From NCBI GenBank assembly GCA_029262055.1, contig JAJDAD010000034.1:102430-166429 (forward strand): a stretch of DNA of 64,000 nucleotides. Direction: 5' to 3'. How positions within the stretch are numbered: the first letter of the stretch is position 1; each line of letters opens with the position of its first letter. This document shows positions 1 through 10,308 of the stretch, piece by piece. The notes under the pieces are model-generated. The model was not told the DNA's origin. It did not search any database and was given only the letters and a program-made list of their open reading frames with translations. Source of the stretch: Candidatus Zhuqueibacterota bacterium (GTDB lineage: Bacteria; Zhuqueibacterota; Zhuqueibacteria; Oceanimicrobiales; Oceanimicrobiaceae). Position numbers and translations under genes: made by a program.

Positions 1-10
1 GCATTGGTAT

Positions 11-2008
11 GTGGGATTCAAGGACAATGAAGACCTGACGATTTCTGCCGCTAACCGCCAGAGTGAAAAAGGCGACCAGGAGTGGGTCGAGATCGCGGAT
101 GCAAGTGAGGTGCACGACGGCAAAGTAGCGACGGTCAACATCGGTTCGAAAAGGCTGGCAGTGGCCAAAACCGAAAAAGGTCTCTATGCTGTCAACGCCC
201 GCTGCCCGCATCAGGGTGGGCCTTTGGGTGACGGGGAAATTTGCGGCGAGCATATCAGATGCCCGTGGCACGGCTTCAAGTTCGACCTGAAGACCGGCAA
301 GGGCGTCGGTAATGACGATGTAGTCGAAACCGTCAAAGTTCGTGAAAGCAACGGCAAGATTGAGGCGCTTGCGCCCAAGCCCAAGCGTTCCGGTTGGACC
401 GTCAGTCACGTCATGATGGAGACGCTGGTCGAGTGGGGTGTCAACACGGTCTTTGGCATGGTTGGTCACTCGAACCTGGGCGTTGCTGAGGCGCTTCGTG
501 TTCAGGAGAAGAAAGGCAACATCCGGTATTTCGGGGTTCGGCATGAAGGCGCAGCCGCATTCGCATGCTCCGGTTACGCAAAAGTGTCCGGGAAGCCCGC
601 TGCATGTCTCGCCATCGCAGGTCCGGGCGCAACAAATCTCCTGACCGGTTTGTGGGACGCCAAAATGGACCGGGCTCCGGTCATCGCGCTGACCGGACAG
701 GTCAATTCGCAAGTGCTCGGGCCTGGCGCTTTTCAGGAGATCGACCTGGCTTCTGCTTTCGCGGCGGTCTCGCAGTTCAGCCAAACCGTGCTTTCGGACA
801 GCGACCACCCCGAGCTGGCGTCACTTGCCTGCAAAACCGCCGTCGTTGAACGGAACGTGGCGCATCTCATCTTCCCGGACGAAATTCAGGTACAGGAAGC
901 AGCGGATGTTGGGCCAGGGCGGCCTGAAGGAAGAGTCAGCCAGACCAACATTACACCCCCGGACCAGGCAATTAACTATTCCATCTATCGTATTGCAAGG
1001 GCCAAAAGGCCCCTCATTATTGTCGGTTACGGTGCCGGCGATGGCATGAATGAGGTCATCGCCCTAGCCGAGAAATTCAACTGTCCGATCATCACGACTT
1101 TCAAAGGTAAAGGCCTTATCGCGGACGATCACGAGCTGGGGGGCGGTGTGTTAGGCGCGAGCGGCACTCCGGTAGCCAGTACCCTGATGAACGAATCCGA
1201 CATGCTCATTGTGTTTGGCGCATCTTTTTCCAAACATACAGGTATCGATTCGCACAAACCCATCATTCAGGTTGATTTCGACCGCATGGCTCTCGGAAAA
1301 TTTCATGCAGTTGACGAAGCGGTGTGGGGAGATGTCGGGCTCTCCGCCAAATTGATGGCCGAGCGTTTGCCGGACCAGGTTGGCTGCACCGACCAACGAA
1401 AACAGCTTGTCGACCTGAAGGACTCCTGGCAGAAAGAAAAAGCCGAGCGCGCCACCAAGGACGAAGGCAAGGGACTAAACTCGGCTATCATCTTTGATGC
1501 GTTGTCGCAGGTTGCACCCAAGAACGCCGTTCTGAGTGTGGACGTGGGCAACAACACCTATTCCTTTGGGCGCTATTTTGAGTGCCGGGGCCTGCAAAAG
1601 GTGATCCTGTCGGGCTACCTCGGTTCCATCGGGTTTGGCTTCCCTGCCGGTATGGGAGCCTGGGCGGCAGCCGGACACGATAGCAAGGTCATTGTCGTCT
1701 GCGGCGATGGCGGGTTCGGGCAGTATCTGGCGGATTTTACCACAGCGGTAAAATACAACATGGACATACTTGTCGTTTTACTGCACAACAAAGAGCTTGG
1801 TAAGATCTCCAAGGAGCAGCGTGACGGGGAATGGGACGTCTGGCAGACATCCCTGCAGAACCCGAGTTTTTCCGAATATGCCAGGCTTTGCGGTGGCAGC
1901 GGAACGAAAGTTGAAAAAGCGTCGCAGCTCAAAGCAGCTTTTGAAGAAGGTCTAAAGTCAAAAGGACCGTTCATCGTCGAAATCATTTCAGACGCTCTTT
2001 TGACCTAG
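11..2008 (+). CDS. Rieske [2Fe-2S] domain fused to a thiamine-diphosphate-dependent enzyme (pyruvate oxidase / acetolactate synthase family); probably 5'-truncated by the window edge
   Basis: N-terminal CPH-(17 aa)-CPWH Rieske motif. Downstream are a ThDP Pyr-domain (GPGATNLLTGL...) and a PP-domain GDGGFGQ...N ThDP-binding motif. The frame stays open back to nt 2 and the track start at 11 is a GTG, so the true start may lie upstream. Confidence 0.75.
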   Translation: MGFKDNEDLTISAANRQSEKGDQEWVEIADASEVHDGKVATVNIGSKRLAVAKTEKGLYAVNARCPHQGGPLGDGEICGEHIRCPWHGFKFDLKTGKGVGNDDVVETVKVRESNGKIEALAPKPKRSGWTVSHVMMETLVEWGVNTVFGMVGHSNLGVAEALRVQEKKGNIRYFGVRHEGAAAFACSGYAKVSGKPAACLAIAGPGATNLLTGLWDAKMDRAPVIALTGQVNSQVLGPGAFQEIDLASAFAAVSQFSQTVLSDSDHPELASLACKTAVVERNVAHLIFPDEIQVQEAADVGPGRPEGRVSQTNITPPDQAINYSIYRIARAKRPLIIVGYGAGDGMNEVIALAEKFNCPIITTFKGKGLIADDHELGGGVLGASGTPVASTLMNESDMLIVFGASFSKHTGIDSHKPIIQVDFDRMALGKFHAVDEAVWGDVGLSAKLMAERLPDQVGCTDQRKQLVDLKDSWQKEKAERATKDEGKGLNSAIIFDALSQVAPKNAVLSVDVGNNTYSFGRYFECRGLQKVILSGYLGSIGFGFPAGMGAWAAAGHDSKVIVVCGDGGFGQYLADFTTAVKYNMDILVVLLHNKELGKISKEQRDGEWDVWQTSLQNPSFSEYARLCGGSGTKVEKASQLKAAFEEGLKSKGPFIVEIISDALLT

Positions 2009-2238
2009 GGGAGAGTAAGCGAACCCCGCAGACCTTGAACACCTGGAAGCTGTCGACAACTGTGAATACCCGGAGCGAGGCGCGTTCCCCGAGGTGGGCT
2101 ACAACAGCGGTCTAAGTGCTGATGCCGGCATGGACGGTCACCGGCCGCCGTTCAATGTCATGTTCGCGCCGGCCATCGACGCAGCAGGTACGTTGCCGTT
2201 ATACACCGTAATGGCGTTACTACTAGAAAGGGAGGATC

Positions 2239-2892
2239 ATGAACGACAAAAATAACCAATATCTTGTTCTTACTGGTCTTGTTGGCTTAGTGGCCGCAAT
2301 ATTGGTCGGCGCGGGAGAGTTTCTGTTGCACTACGACCCGTTGGCCAGGTTTTCAGAAACGAGTTACGACTTTATGCGTGCTGCATCCGACCAGCGCCAA
2401 ACCGTTGGCCATTTTATTGGGGTCCTGGGTGTTCCGCTCTATCTCGTTGGTTGCTGGCATATGTACCTGATGTTGAAACCTGCCAACCAAACATGGGCAT
2501 TCATTACATTCCTGGTGGGTGCCTATGGATTCATAATGGGAGGCGATTGGATCAGCTCCCGGGCCAGCATAGGTGCGCTGATTCATTTACAGGACACTGG
2601 TCTACAGGTGGACTCACTGGTCGATCTGTACAGGATTCGGTATGAGAGCCTGCTAACCATTATTCGCGTGACGACCTTTGCGCTATCCTTGATGTTCATT
2701 GGCCTCACCCTGACCGGTCGCTCACACTACCCGAAATGGGCAGCCATCTTCAATCCTATCGTGTTGCTCGTTCTCAGCTTTGTGGTTTATGCGATCGCAC
2801 CCGCCATCGGGAAATATGTGATGCCTATTGCTTTGAATGTTGCGTTCTTTATCTTCTTTTCCATTTCAATTGTGCAGGCACGTAAGCTGTAA
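2239..2892 (+). CDS. integral membrane protein of unknown function (multiple predicted TM helices)
   Basis: 217 aa dominated by hydrophobic segments; strong RBS (AGGGAGG) 5-6 nt upstream of the ATG; no recognisable catalytic motif. Confidence 0.6.
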   Translation: MNDKNNQYLVLTGLVGLVAAILVGAGEFLLHYDPLARFSETSYDFMRAASDQRQTVGHFIGVLGVPLYLVGCWHMYLMLKPANQTWAFITFLVGAYGFIMGGDWISSRASIGALIHLQDTGLQVDSLVDLYRIRYESLLTIIRVTTFALSLMFIGLTLTGRSHYPKWAAIFNPIVLLVLSFVVYAIAPAIGKYVMPIALNVAFFIFFSISIVQARKL

Positions 2893-3130
2893 GCGTCCAA
2901 CAGAAGTAATGGGGAAACCGCGAACGAGAGCTTGCACGATTATCCGTGCAGGAGTTTCCTTTTGGCACGCCGGCATGTCTTCGCATGCTGATGGGCATCG
3001 CATTGATACGATGTTTCCACTGAGGAGCAGGTGTTCTCCACTTTTGCAAGATAGAAGGGAACTGTTTCAGACGCGCTTTGACTCGGATGTCACTAGTTTT
3101 CACTCAAAAGGCTAATCCCAAGGAAACAAT

Positions 3131-4747
3131 ATGAGCAGCGAACATCCTGAAGGTATGGAATTGCTTTTCAATGCCCAACACAACAAGTCGACGGCATTTA
3201 CCCTAGAGGAAAGGGCTAAGTACAAACTGCGGGGATTGCTGCCTGCGTCCATTTGCAGCCAGGAAGCTCAAACAGTTCGGACGTTAGAGAACATCCGGCG
3301 CAAGGAATACGATATCGAACGCTACATCTATTTGCAAGGGTTGCAGGGCCGAAACGAGCGCTTGTTCTATCGCCTGATCATCGATCATATCGAAGAGTTG
3401 ATGCCGATTATTTATACCCCGACTGTCGGCCAGGCCTGCCAGGAGTTTGCCCACATCTTTCGCCAACCTCGCGGTTTTTATATCACGCCCGACGACGGTG
3501 GGAACATCCGCCAAATGCTCGATAATTGGCCGGAAAAAGACGTCCGAATGATTGTCATCACCGATGGTCAGCGTATCCTGGGCTTGGGCGACCTGGGCGC
3601 GAATGGCATGGGAATACCGCTTGGTAAGCTGTCGCTGTACTCGGCGGGTGCAGGTATTCATCCCTGCCAGTGCTTGCCGGTTATGCTGGATGTAGGGACC
3701 AATAATGAAGAGCTGCGCAAGGATCCGCTCTATCTTGGCATCAACCGGGAGCGCTTGACCGGCGACGCCTATCTTGAGTTGGTGGACGAGTTTGTCGAGG
3801 CGGTGCGCGATGCATTTCCGCGGGCGCTGATCCAGTTTGAGGATTTTCTCACTCCGAATGCTTTTGCACTGCTGAATCGCTACCGTAACGATATCCTCTG
3901 TTTCAACGACGATATCCAGGGCACGGCTGCAGTCGCACTGGCCGGTGTCTATGCCTCTACCCGGATTTCCGGCATCGATTTTAAGGACCTGCGCATCATG
4001 TTTCTTGGTGCGGGATCGGCCGCCACCGGAATTGCCGATCTCATGAAGGCGGCTTTTTGTGACGCCGGCTTGAATGAGGCGGAAGCGGCCCGCAGGTTGT
4101 GGTTCGCGAACCGCAGCGGCCTGGTGGTCAAGAGTACAGAGAACCTCAAGCCGCACAACGTGCCTTATGCCCATGACCATCCGCAGCTTGACTTTCGCAG
4201 CGCCATTGAGTCTATCCGGCCGCATGTCCTGATCGGCGCGACCGGCTCGCCCGGTACTTTTACACAGGAAATCGTGGCACTGATGGCCACCATCAATCCC
4301 CGGCCGGTAATTTTTGCTTTGTCAAACCCCACCTCGCGCGCGGAATGTACAGCGGAGCAGGCCTATGAGTGGAGTGGCGGCCAGGCTATTTTTGCCAGCG
4401 GTAGCCCGTTTTCTACTGTCACTTTTCGGGGTAAAACCTATCGTCCGGGCCAGGGCAACAATGCTTATGTCTTCCCCGGTATCGGCCTGGGTGCCCTTGC
4501 CTGCAACGCCAGAGTGATCAGCGACGAGATGTTTCTGGCTGCGGCCCGCACACTTGCGGACATGGTTTCGGAGTCCCATTTGAACGAGGGTACCATCTAC
4601 CCGCCGCTCACTGACATCCGTAGCGTTTCCCTGGCAATTGCAGTTGCCGTGGCAGAGAAGGCCTATCAACAAAATCTCGCCATAGATGAACGGCCGGCGG
4701 ATTTGCACAAGTACATTGCCGATTCCATGTACGATCCGACTTACTAA
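3131..4747 (+). CDS. NAD(P)-dependent malic enzyme (oxaloacetate-decarboxylating malate dehydrogenase)
   Basis: Full-length similarity to the malic enzyme family (IYTPTVGQAC..., GLGDLGANGMGIP, dinucleotide-binding FLGAGSAATGIA); 538 aa. Confidence 0.9.
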   Translation: MSSEHPEGMELLFNAQHNKSTAFTLEERAKYKLRGLLPASICSQEAQTVRTLENIRRKEYDIERYIYLQGLQGRNERLFYRLIIDHIEELMPIIYTPTVGQACQEFAHIFRQPRGFYITPDDGGNIRQMLDNWPEKDVRMIVITDGQRILGLGDLGANGMGIPLGKLSLYSAGAGIHPCQCLPVMLDVGTNNEELRKDPLYLGINRERLTGDAYLELVDEFVEAVRDAFPRALIQFEDFLTPNAFALLNRYRNDILCFNDDIQGTAAVALAGVYASTRISGIDFKDLRIMFLGAGSAATGIADLMKAAFCDAGLNEAEAARRLWFANRSGLVVKSTENLKPHNVPYAHDHPQLDFRSAIESIRPHVLIGATGSPGTFTQEIVALMATINPRPVIFALSNPTSRAECTAEQAYEWSGGQAIFASGSPFSTVTFRGKTYRPGQGNNAYVFPGIGLGALACNARVISDEMFLAAARTLADMVSESHLNEGTIYPPLTDIRSVSLAIAVAVAEKAYQQNLAIDERPADLHKYIADSMYDPTY

Positions 4748-4830
4748 GACTTACCGGAGCCTGGCAGACCTGGACCTGCGACAAGGTCTAAGCCTGCGGT
4801 AGACCGTATACGACAGAAGGTTAGACATCC

Positions 4831-6885
4831 GTGAAGAAGCAATTTGAAAACAAAGAGATAAGTTGGCTGTCATTCAACGGCAGAGTATTGCAGGAGGCAG
4901 GCGATCCGACGGTTTCACTGATGGACCGGATCAAGTTTCTCGGCATATTTTCATCCAATCTCGATGAGTTTTTTCGCGTGCGTGTGGCCAATCTTAAACG
5001 ACTGGCGACGCTGGGGAAGAAGGCAAATGCAATTGTAGGCACTGACCCGAAGAAGACCCTCTCAAAAATCCAGGAGACTTTTCTGTTACAGGAGGACGTC
5101 TTTGAAGCCACCTATAGTCAAATCCTGGGTGAATTGCGGCAGAAAGGGATCGCCGTTATTGATGAGGAAGAAGTCAACGCGGAGCAAGGGGAATATGTCA
5201 AGAACTATTTCCTGCAAGTCGTGCGTCCAAAGCTCGTGCCGTTGATGTTGGATGGAGGGTCGACAGTACCTCACCTCAAAGATGGCTCTCTCTACTTAGC
5301 CATCCGCTTACTGAAAAACCGTGGTGGCAAACCGAAACATGCGCTTATTGAAGTACCGACGGCCTCACTGGGGCGCTTTGTCACGTTGCCGGTCTGTCGC
5401 GACAGCCAATGCATCATGTTTCTGGAAGACGTAATCCGCAATTGTCTGGGCAGTATCTTTACCATATTCAACCATGATCGCATCGAGGCATACTCGCTCA
5501 AGCTAACCCGGGACGCTGAGTTGGGTGTTGACGACGACCTGTCAGAAAGTTACATGCACAAAATCTCCAAGAGCATCAAGGGGAGGAAGTCTGGGACGCC
5601 GGTACACCTCATATACGACCGCCGCATATCGAGTGACTTTCTGAAGCTGCTGGTGACCAAACTGCAACTGAAGAAAGACAACTGCGACCTGATCCCTGGC
5701 AGGAAGTATTTGAATTTGAAAGACTTAATGAGCTTTCCGAAGCTGGATATGCTCAGTCCCAACGAGGCCGGAACCGCCCCGCTTGCACACAGAGACTTTG
5801 ACTCCAACGGTAGCATCTTCAAAGATATTCGTGAAAAAGATATCCTGCTTCATTACCCGTATCAGAGATTTGAGTATGTTATCGATTTTCTTAGGGAAGC
5901 AGCGATCGATCCAAAGGTGACCGCCATAAGAATGACGCTTTACCGCGTCGCTAAGGATTCGAATGTAATAAATGCTCTGATCAATGCCGCCAAGAACGGT
6001 AAATCGGTGACAGCCGTTGTGGAGTTAAAGGCCCGATTCGATGAGGAGCCAAACATCTACTGGGCTGAAAAGCTGCAGGAGGAGGGCGTAAAAGTCATCC
6101 ACGGCGTACCCGGCCTGAAAGTGCACGGCAAACTGATCTTGATTACCCGTCGCGAGAAAAGGGCCGACGTGCTGTACGCAAACATCGGGACCGGCAACTT
6201 CCATGAGGCGACCGCGAGAATATATTCCGATCACGGGCTCTTTACCGCAAATTCCTCAATCACCAAGGAGTTACAGAAGGTCTTCGGGCTGATCGAAAAC
6301 AACTATAAACGAGGTTCATTTAGGCATCTGCTAGTGTCCCCCTTCAATCTGCGTCAGAAATTTGTTAAGCTAATCAACGCTGAAATAAAAAACGCTCAAA
6401 ATGGCCAGAAAGCATTTATCATCGTTAAACTCAACAACCTGGTCGATAAGGCAATAATCACAAAGCTCTATCAAGCCAGTCAGGCAGGCGTGAAGATCAA
6501 ATTAATGGTGCGTGGCATGTGCGCACTGGTCCCCAACGTCAAGGGGATGAGCGAGAACATTGCGGCCAAACGCATCGTTGACAGGTTTCTTGAGCACACG
6601 CGACTGCTGGTCTTTTGCAGCGCTGGCGACCCGAAATACTACCTGTCCTCCGCAGATTGGATGTATCGCAATCTTGATCGCCGCATAGAAGTGGCTTGTC
6701 CACTCTACGATAAGGCCATTCAGGGCGAGATAAAACAATTTTTGGAAATTCAATGGGCCGATAATGTTAAGGCTACCTGGATCGACCAAAAATCTAACAA
6801 TGAAGTGGCACCAGACGAAAGAAAAGTGAGAGCGCAGGACGTCCTCTATGAGTATAACAAAGCGAGACTTCAGAAGGAATGTTGA
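4831..6885 (+). CDS. ppk: polyphosphate kinase 1
   Basis: Classic PPK1 N-terminal motifs (SWLSFNGRVLQEA, RIKFLGIFSSNLDEFFRVRV); 684 aa, typical length; GTG start. Confidence 0.9.
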   Translation: MKKQFENKEISWLSFNGRVLQEAGDPTVSLMDRIKFLGIFSSNLDEFFRVRVANLKRLATLGKKANAIVGTDPKKTLSKIQETFLLQEDVFEATYSQILGELRQKGIAVIDEEEVNAEQGEYVKNYFLQVVRPKLVPLMLDGGSTVPHLKDGSLYLAIRLLKNRGGKPKHALIEVPTASLGRFVTLPVCRDSQCIMFLEDVIRNCLGSIFTIFNHDRIEAYSLKLTRDAELGVDDDLSESYMHKISKSIKGRKSGTPVHLIYDRRISSDFLKLLVTKLQLKKDNCDLIPGRKYLNLKDLMSFPKLDMLSPNEAGTAPLAHRDFDSNGSIFKDIREKDILLHYPYQRFEYVIDFLREAAIDPKVTAIRMTLYRVAKDSNVINALINAAKNGKSVTAVVELKARFDEEPNIYWAEKLQEEGVKVIHGVPGLKVHGKLILITRREKRADVLYANIGTGNFHEATARIYSDHGLFTANSSITKELQKVFGLIENNYKRGSFRHLLVSPFNLRQKFVKLINAEIKNAQNGQKAFIIVKLNNLVDKAIITKLYQASQAGVKIKLMVRGMCALVPNVKGMSENIAAKRIVDRFLEHTRLLVFCSAGDPKYYLSSADWMYRNLDRRIEVACPLYDKAIQGEIKQFLEIQWADNVKATWIDQKSNNEVAPDERKVRAQDVLYEYNKARLQKEC

Positions 6886-6904
6886 GCTAGCTTTTTGTCC
6901 ACGT

Positions 6905-6926
6905 GCGGTCGTCAACCGCTTTTTTG
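6905..6926 (+). terminator. putative intrinsic terminator after ppk (gcggt-cgtca-accgc + TTTTTT)
   Basis: 5-bp GC-rich stem, 5-nt loop, followed directly by a T6 run 20 nt after the ppk stop. Confidence 0.35.
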
Positions 6927-7284
6927 CTGTATGGACGTTTGCACCCAAAACATCCTGCCTTTTCGGACCCACCTTCCGACCTTGAACCAGCCCGATTCTC
7001 GCAAGTCCCGCTTTTCTTCTTTAGGTTAGCACATTCTCCTATTTGCCTCTCATGGTTCAAGATTTCCCTTGAAACAACACAGAATTAGGCGTACACTATC
7101 GGAAACGTTGGGTGCGAGATGCCTTGTTGCCTGTGTGGCCTCGCAGAACCGGTATTGTGGCTTCTACGTCCCTGGCTCAGAGTCGCACTGATTTGGCAGA
7201 ATTGAGGTACGCGAGGCCTGCAAAACCGCTGGTCCGACTCTCCTTTGGTCATTATGAACTGGTACATTACGGCACCATTCGAGA

Positions 7285-8589
7285 ATGAGAACTCCGAGAT
7301 TCCTCGTTGATATCACCTGCATGTTGTTTTGGGCAGTACTGCTGTTTTGCGCCGGTTGCTCCCAACGTCCATCCGAAAGAGAAGGGGTTATCACCTATTG
7401 GTCAGCCAATAGTCAATACGAGCAGGATTTGGCTAAGGTTGTAGTGGCAGAATGGAATCAACTGCACCCTGACATACCGGTAAGGCACCAGCCGATCCCC
7501 GAAGGCCAGTCCAGTGAAGAAATAATCTTGGCAGCCGTGGTTGGCGAGAGTCCGCCAGACATCTATTCTAATATGTGGCCGGGCGATGTGGAGATTTATG
7601 TGAAAGCCAAAGCGCTGGTACCACTCAGCGACTTCAGCGACTTCGTCTCGGTTGCAGACTCCAGGTTGAAGCCTGAACTCGTGGAAGAGGCACGGTCGCT
7701 GGATGGGAAAGTCTACCAGATTCCCTGGAAAACGAACCCGATTATGATGTTGTACAACAAGGGTGTTCTGGCAGAAAATGGCTTTGCGCATCCTGCAAGA
7801 ACCTATTCGGAGTACTTGGCGCAAGCGAAAGCACTCACCGCTGATTTGGACGGTGATGGGTATACTGACCGCTACATGAGTTTGCTGGATATCCGGGCTA
7901 TCTGGTGGCAGCGTTTCTTTGATTACTATACATTTTATGTTGCCGCAACCGGTGGCAAGACCCTCATGCGTAACGGCCGGCCGACGTTTGATAATCCAGA
8001 ATCTGTTGCCGTCTTCGATTTTCTAAAGACGCTGTTTAAAGAGGAATATGCGCCGCTTGAAAAGGCCACGGGCCGTGGCGACCATTTCTTGGCGGGCCGG
8101 GTTCTTACCCGTTTTACCGGACCCTGGGAAATTACCCACGCCGAAAAATTCAAACCGGATGGATTCGAATATGACTTCGCGCCCATACCGGTGCCGGACG
8201 GATTCGAGGGGCCGGTTTACACTTATGGCGATTTCAAAAACATCGTGATATTTCGTACGAGCAACAAGGCCGAGGCAGCGTGGCAATTTGCGAAATTTAT
8301 GATTTCACGCAAGAATGATCATCGGCTCTTAACCATGACCAGCCAGATACCCATTCGGAAGAATGTTCTTGGAGATTCATTGTACCAGGAATACTTTCAG
8401 GAAAATCCCATGATGATGAGGTTTGCACGGCAGGCTGAGTATGTCCGGGGGATCGATTTAAGCAAAGCCATGAAAGAGGTTTTCGACGCTATTTCGCAAG
8501 AATACGAAGCCTGCGTGGTTTATGCAGCCAAATCGCCGGAAGCGGCGGTCCATGACGCATCCAAGAGGGTGGAGTTGATATTGAAATGA
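7285..8589 (+). CDS. ABC transporter substrate-binding lipoprotein, carbohydrate type (solute-binding family 1)
   Basis: Signal peptide with a lipobox-like LLFCAGCSQ; overall SBP family-1 character; stop overlaps the next permease gene by 4 nt (ATGA). Confidence 0.75.
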   Translation: MRTPRFLVDITCMLFWAVLLFCAGCSQRPSEREGVITYWSANSQYEQDLAKVVVAEWNQLHPDIPVRHQPIPEGQSSEEIILAAVVGESPPDIYSNMWPGDVEIYVKAKALVPLSDFSDFVSVADSRLKPELVEEARSLDGKVYQIPWKTNPIMMLYNKGVLAENGFAHPARTYSEYLAQAKALTADLDGDGYTDRYMSLLDIRAIWWQRFFDYYTFYVAATGGKTLMRNGRPTFDNPESVAVFDFLKTLFKEEYAPLEKATGRGDHFLAGRVLTRFTGPWEITHAEKFKPDGFEYDFAPIPVPDGFEGPVYTYGDFKNIVIFRTSNKAEAAWQFAKFMISRKNDHRLLTMTSQIPIRKNVLGDSLYQEYFQENPMMMRFARQAEYVRGIDLSKAMKEVFDAISQEYEACVVYAAKSPEAAVHDASKRVELILK

Positions 8590-9476
8590 AAGCCGGGCTG
8601 CACAAGAACAAGAAAGGCAAGAGCGACAAAATAGGGTACCTGCTGGTGTCGCCGTACTTGCTGCATCTCTGCTTGTTCGTTGGATTCCCGATTGTTTTCT
8701 GTTTCGTTCTGGTGTTCCACAAATGGGACATCGTGTCTGAGATGGAATGGGTCGGCCTGACTAATTTCAGTCGACTTTTTCAGGATAAACTGTTCTTCAA
8801 GGCGATTCTAAACACGCTGACTTTTCTTTTGGTACATATTCCTTTGCAGTTGATCATAGCGCTGTTCTTGGCGGAGTTGCTCAACCAGAAGCTCAAAATT
8901 CGTGGTTTCTTCCGGGCGTCTTTTTTTATGCCAGTGGTGGTTTCGGGTGTGGTGATTACGATTTTATGGGACCAAATATACGCCCAGGACACCGGAATGC
9001 TCAATCTCATACTGGCGAAATTCGGGATGCCAAAAATGCGGTGGTTGACAAGCCCGGAGCTTGCCATGCCCAGCATCGCGATTATGGCCACCTGGAAGAA
9101 TGTCGGATTATACATCGTGCTGTTCCTCGTTGGCTTGCAAGCTGTGCCGAAGTATCTCTACGAAGCAGCAGACCTCGAAGGGGCATCGCACTGGTACAAG
9201 TTCACCAGAATCACGCTGCCAATGATCAATCCGACCGTTTACATGGTGGTGATTCTGTCAACTATTGGCGGCTTCTCACTCTTTATTGAGCCGTATGTCA
9301 TGACCGGCGGCGGGCCGATGAACTCGACTCTTTCGGCGGTTCTGTATATTTATAATCAGGGCTTCTTTTTCTATCACATGGGTTATGCAGCCACGCTTGC
9401 GTTCTTCTTTGCAGCTATCATTTTCGCGGTGATCATGATTCAGAGAAAAGTAATTGAAAAGGAATCGGCGTACTAG
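8586..9476 (+). CDS. ABC sugar transporter permease (MalF/UgpA-like)
   Basis: Six TM segments; EAA loop 'EAADLEGASHWYKFTRITLP'. Confidence 0.85.
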   Translation: MKAGLHKNKKGKSDKIGYLLVSPYLLHLCLFVGFPIVFCFVLVFHKWDIVSEMEWVGLTNFSRLFQDKLFFKAILNTLTFLLVHIPLQLIIALFLAELLNQKLKIRGFFRASFFMPVVVSGVVITILWDQIYAQDTGMLNLILAKFGMPKMRWLTSPELAMPSIAIMATWKNVGLYIVLFLVGLQAVPKYLYEAADLEGASHWYKFTRITLPMINPTVYMVVILSTIGGFSLFIEPYVMTGGGPMNSTLSAVLYIYNQGFFFYHMGYAATLAFFFAAIIFAVIMIQRKVIEKESAY

Positions 9477-10283
9477 GTGAAAAAACTACAACAATATTCG
9501 CTCCTTGTTTTCTGGACGGTCCTGTTCATCTACCCTTTCTTATGGATGCTGTCCGCGACCCTTCGGCCTGAGCGAGAGATCAAGGGTTTTGGCATTTGGC
9601 CGTCGGAGGTGAGCTTGTACAATTACGCTCAGGTCTTCGAGAAGATTCCTATCTTGCGCGCGTTCCTCAACAGTATTTTTGTCGCATTAGTGGTCACTGT
9701 GGCCGTGGTGGTATTTTGCTCAATGATCGGATACGCGCTTAGCCGCCTGCATTTCAGGGGCAGGGACGCCATCTTTTATATTGTGTTATTCACCATGATG
9801 ATTCCTTTTCAGATCATCTTGATTCCGCTCTATATTCTCATGGTGAAGTTTGGTTGGGTGAATTCTTACCTGGCCCTGATTGTCCCGTGGATGGTGAGTG
9901 CGCTCGGTATTGTTCTGTTCAGGCAGTATTTTCAAAGCATTCCCAAGGACCTCCTGGAGGCGGCCCGAATCGATGGCTGTAACGAAGTGCAAATTATTTT
10001 CAGAATCATTTGGCCTAATTCGATCCCAACGTTGATCACAGTTGGGATCTTGACTTTTATGACCACTTGGAATGAAGTGCTTTGGCCGCTCATTGTTATC
10101 CGTGACACTCATTTGATGACCATGCCGCAACTGGTGACCATCTTCGCCGTGGGCGGGCAGGCGGAGAATCAGCTCGGCGTGCAGTTGGCGGCTGCAACGC
10201 TTCTGGCCTTGCCTGTGATCGTCGCCTACGCGTTTTTTCAAAAATACTTCATCGAAAGCATGGCGACTACAGGTTTGAAATGA
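9477..10283 (+). CDS. ABC sugar transporter permease (MalG/UgpE-like)
   Basis: TM protein with EAA loop 'EAARIDGCNEVQIIFRIIWP'; directly abuts the previous permease gene. Confidence 0.85.
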   Translation: MKKLQQYSLLVFWTVLFIYPFLWMLSATLRPEREIKGFGIWPSEVSLYNYAQVFEKIPILRAFLNSIFVALVVTVAVVVFCSMIGYALSRLHFRGRDAIFYIVLFTMMIPFQIILIPLYILMVKFGWVNSYLALIVPWMVSALGIVLFRQYFQSIPKDLLEAARIDGCNEVQIIFRIIWPNSIPTLITVGILTFMTTWNEVLWPLIVIRDTHLMTMPQLVTIFAVGGQAENQLGVQLAAATLLALPVIVAYAFFQKYFIESMATTGLK

Positions 10284-10308
10284 ACTCAGATAATCCCAAC
10301 TTGAGGAA

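Noticed and set aside
3284-4225. 313-aa minus-strand ORF inside the malic enzyme gene. Similar long antisense ORFs: 9786-10388, 19428-20045, 24689-25447, 27413-28075, 34182-35018, 42349-43200, 56435-57130, 57345-58121, 59283-60167.
   Set aside because: Each lies entirely within a well-supported + strand gene with strong family motifs. The translations are low-complexity, Arg/Ala/Pro-rich and lack RBSs. These are typical shadow ORFs of GC-rich coding DNA.
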